NCBI GenBank assembly: GCA_050331735.1
Contig: JBHJGN010000011.1
Coordinates: 192,001 to 256,000, forward strand
From: Cyanophyceae cyanobacterium
GTDB lineage: Bacteria > Cyanobacteriota > Cyanobacteriia > Cyanobacteriales > JBHJGN01
DNA: 64,000 bases
Direction of reading: 5' to 3'
Both the position numbers and the translations under genes were made by a program. This document shows positions 61,802 through 64,000 of this stretch, in pieces. The notes under the pieces are model-generated. The model saw only the letters and a program-made list of their open reading frames with translations. It searched no databases and was not told the origin of the DNA. Positions within the stretch are counted from its first letter, which is position 1, and every line of letters begins with the position of its first letter.

Positions 61802-61999
61802 GTCGCGAACGCGACGGGGCCAGGGGAAAAAGTTGCTGCGCAACGGGGAATGGGGAAAGGGGAAAAAGTTGCTGCGCAACGGGGAAAGGGAATGGTTTGT
61901 TAGTTGATTTGTCATTTTCTCTCACCTCATACATCATTACAGAGAGGTTTCCCCTTTCCCCCTTACCCTTTCCCCTTTTCCCGCGCCTGCGGCGCTTTT
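61802..61999 (-). repeat. Modular dispersed repeat, copy C (inverted relative to A and B)
   Basis: Hairpins at 61802, 61832, 61868 and 61983, separated by G-rich/C-rich heptamer tracts. Confidence 0.85.
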
Positions 62000-62032
62000 G
62001 AGTTTGTAAGCACTCAGTAAGTTTAAATATTG

Positions 62033-62407
62033 ATGGATATTGTTGAAGTTCTGCGGAACGATTACCAGCGTTTTCCTAAAGACCAAACCTATAGCCTTTA
62101 CGCTGAAGATGTGTACTTTAAAGACCCTCTTAATGAGTTTCGGGGACTCAAAGGATATCAAGGGGTTATTCGGATGATTGATACCATCTTTCAGGACATC
62201 AACATGGACCTCCACGACATTCGCCTTCAGGGTGATGTCGTGAAGACGGAGTGGACGTTGCATATGACCTCGCCTCTGCCGTGGAAACCTCGCTTAGCGA
62301 TTCCCGGCTGGAGCGAACTGAAGCTCAATCAAGAACAGTTGGTCATTTCTCATGTTGACCACTGGCACATCTCCCGTCTAGATGTCTTAAAACAAAACTT
62401 TTCCTAA
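62033..62407 (+). CDS. DUF2358 / SnoaL-like (NTF2 fold) protein
   Basis: YSLYAEDVYFKDPLNEFRG, PLPWKPRL.I.GWSEL, SHVD.W. Confidence 0.85.
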   Translation: MDIVEVLRNDYQRFPKDQTYSLYAEDVYFKDPLNEFRGLKGYQGVIRMIDTIFQDINMDLHDIRLQGDVVKTEWTLHMTSPLPWKPRLAIPGWSELKLNQEQLVISHVDHWHISRLDVLKQNFS

Positions 62408-62469
62408 TCCGGCAAAAATCGCGCTAATAATTAAGTAATATAAACATTTCTCAGATACTTACGATCCCG

Positions 62470-63657
62470 ATGCGCTTAATTTTAATGACGGGCAAAGGAG
62501 GCGTTGGCAAAACCTCTGTGGCAGCAGCGACCGGCCTTCGCTGTGCGGAACTTGGTTATAGAACCCTTGTGTTAAGTACCGACCCGGCCCACTCTTTAGC
62601 TGACAGCTTCGATTTAGAACTCGCTCACGAACCTAAACCCGTTGCTGCTAATCTTTGGGGGGCAGAATTAGATGCATTGATGGAGTTAGAAGGCAACTGG
62701 GGAGCCGTCAAGCGCTATATCACCCAGGTGTTGCAGGCGCGGGGATTAGACGGAGTTCAGGCTGAAGAACTCGCTATTTTACCGGGGATGGATGAAATTT
62801 TCGGCTTAGTGCGGATGAAGCGTCACTATGACGAAGGAGATTTCGAGGTCTTAATTATTGATTCTGCGCCGACTGGCACGGCTCTGCGACTGCTGAGCAT
62901 TCCTGAAGTCGGCGGCTGGTACATGCGACGTTTCTACAAACCTTTGCAGGGAATGTCGGCGGCCCTCAGACCGATTGTAGAACCAATCTTTAGACCAATC
63001 GCTGGTTTTTCTCTGCCCGACCGAGAAGTAATGGATGCTCCCTACGAATTCTATCAGCAGATTGAAGCCCTAGAAAAGGTGCTGACCGATAATACCCTCA
63101 CGTCCGTTCGTCTTGTTACGAATCCAGAAAGAATGGTGATTAAAGAGTCTCTCAGGGCCCATGCCTATCTGAGTCTTTATAATGTTGCGACGGATTTAGT
63201 CATTGCCAACCGCATCATCCCGGATGAAGTGACCGATCCGTTTTTTGAACGGTGGAAGAAGAGTCAGCACGAATATCGGCAGGAAATTCACGATGATTTT
63301 CATCCGCTGCCCGTGAAGGAAGTGCCGCTGTTTTCTGAGGAACTGTGTGGGCTGGCGGCGCTGGAACGGCTCAAAGATACCCTGTACGGCGAGGAAGACC
63401 CGACTCAGGTGTATTATCAAGAAAATACTATTCGGGTGATTCAGGATGGCGATCGCTATAGCTTGGAACTATATCTGCCGGGAGTTGAAAAGACGCAAGT
63501 GCAGCTCAATAAAACTGGAGACGAACTTAACGTTAGAATCGGCAACCATCGCCGCAATTTGGTGTTGCCCCAGGCGTTAGCCGCGCTCTCTCCGACGGCT
63601 GCCAAGATGGAGGAAGACTATCTCAAAATTTGCTTCACCAACGGTGCCAAAGTATAG
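62470..63657 (+). CDS. GET3/TRC40/ArsA-family ATPase with C-terminal HSP20-like domain
   Basis: [23 protein letters not shown]-terminal [18 protein letters not shown]. Confidence 0.9.
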   Translation: MRLILMTGKGGVGKTSVAAATGLRCAELGYRTLVLSTDPAHSLADSFDLELAHEPKPVAANLWGAELDALMELEGNWGAVKRYITQVLQARGLDGVQAEELAILPGMDEIFGLVRMKRHYDEGDFEVLIIDSAPTGTALRLLSIPEVGGWYMRRFYKPLQGMSAALRPIVEPIFRPIAGFSLPDREVMDAPYEFYQQIEALEKVLTDNTLTSVRLVTNPERMVIKESLRAHAYLSLYNVATDLVIANRIIPDEVTDPFFERWKKSQHEYRQEIHDDFHPLPVKEVPLFSEELCGLAALERLKDTLYGEEDPTQVYYQENTIRVIQDGDRYSLELYLPGVEKTQVQLNKTGDELNVRIGNHRRNLVLPQALAALSPTAAKMEEDYLKICFTNGAKV

Positions 63658-63942
63658 CTAACTAAATAGGCATCAATCAAGATTGAGACGGAGATAAGTC
63701 GGGGAGAAGAAAGCTAACAGCTCATAGCTAATGGCTAATAACCATTAGCCAATCTAAATTTAATTCTACCTAGCTAGTTATACCAATTAGAAAAAGTAAT
63801 AGGAGACTTGATGAGTTGGGGGAAAGGGGAAGGGGTCAAGGGGAAAGGGAAGCACAGCAGCTCTTTGCCCTTGAACCTCCAATGCTTGGTGAGTTTAAGG
63901 AACTCTCTGACTACTTTCGGTAAATGGTATTAGATAGAGACG

Positions 63943-64000
63943 ATGGCTGATTCAATTGGTGTCAGGGTTAAGCTGTTTGCGGCTTATCAGGAAGCTTACG
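63943..64000 (+). CDS. moaD: MoaD/ThiS-family sulfur carrier (5' fragment)
   Basis: MADSIGVRVKLFAAYQEAY N-terminus. Confidence 0.7.
   Translation, partial: MADSIGVRVKLFAAYQEAY

Larger units (their letters stand above)
1393..63457. repeat. HIP1 octamer GCGATCGC dispersed throughout the window
   Basis: Dozens of occurrences, e.g. 1393, 3609, 7059, 9668, 11223, 19136. Not counted exactly. Confidence 0.95.

Noticed and set aside
61825..61890. Direct repeat GGGGAAAAAGTTGCTGCGCAACGGGGAA x2 as a mini-CRISPR
   Set aside because: Only two units, a 36-nt period with a low-complexity G/A linker instead of a unique spacer, and no cas genes.
62470..63657. Arsenic-resistance operon suggested by the ArsA-like ATPase
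   Set aside because: Single ATPase domain with an HSP20-like tail and no arsB/arsD/arsR neighbours. Fits the GET3-like cyanobacterial clade.
1..64000. tRNA, rRNA, IS transposase, prophage or defence-system genes
   Set aside because: None recognised by eye. tRNAscan-SE or ISEScan would be needed for formal exclusion.

Overview
Core-genome window of a cyanobacterium: many HIP1 GCGATCGC octamers plus phycobilisome and photosystem genes. From left to right it holds the 5' part of narB, housekeeping genes (recJ, thiL, scpA, cugP-like, rluD-like, asnS, rlmD) and two small PSII genes missed by the ORF track (psb30, psbM). A phycocyanin supercluster (cpcG, cpcS, two more CpcS/CpeS-family lyases, cpcBACDEF, with pcyA nearby) encloses an unexplained ribbon-helix-helix-like plus long 35-aa-repeat coiled-coil gene. 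There is also a glycosyltransferase/gmd/rfbCDAB surface-polysaccharide region, a TolC with a large low-complexity insert, a probable PsrR1 (SyR1) sRNA, pmgA and a GET3/ArsA-type ATPase. I found no IS transposase, CRISPR array, tRNA or rRNA. The most unusual signals are: (i) a modular dispersed repeat family made of G-rich/C-rich arms and 5-bp mini-hairpins whose stems covary around C-GNA-G loops; (ii) the RHH-coiled-coil protein among the bilin lyases; (iii) a c-di-GMP-I-like structured segment upstream of PsrR1; (iv) an apparent single-base frameshift in a YkgJ gene and a non-canonical start for the RluD-like gene. All family calls come from motif recognition by eye. No database search was run.
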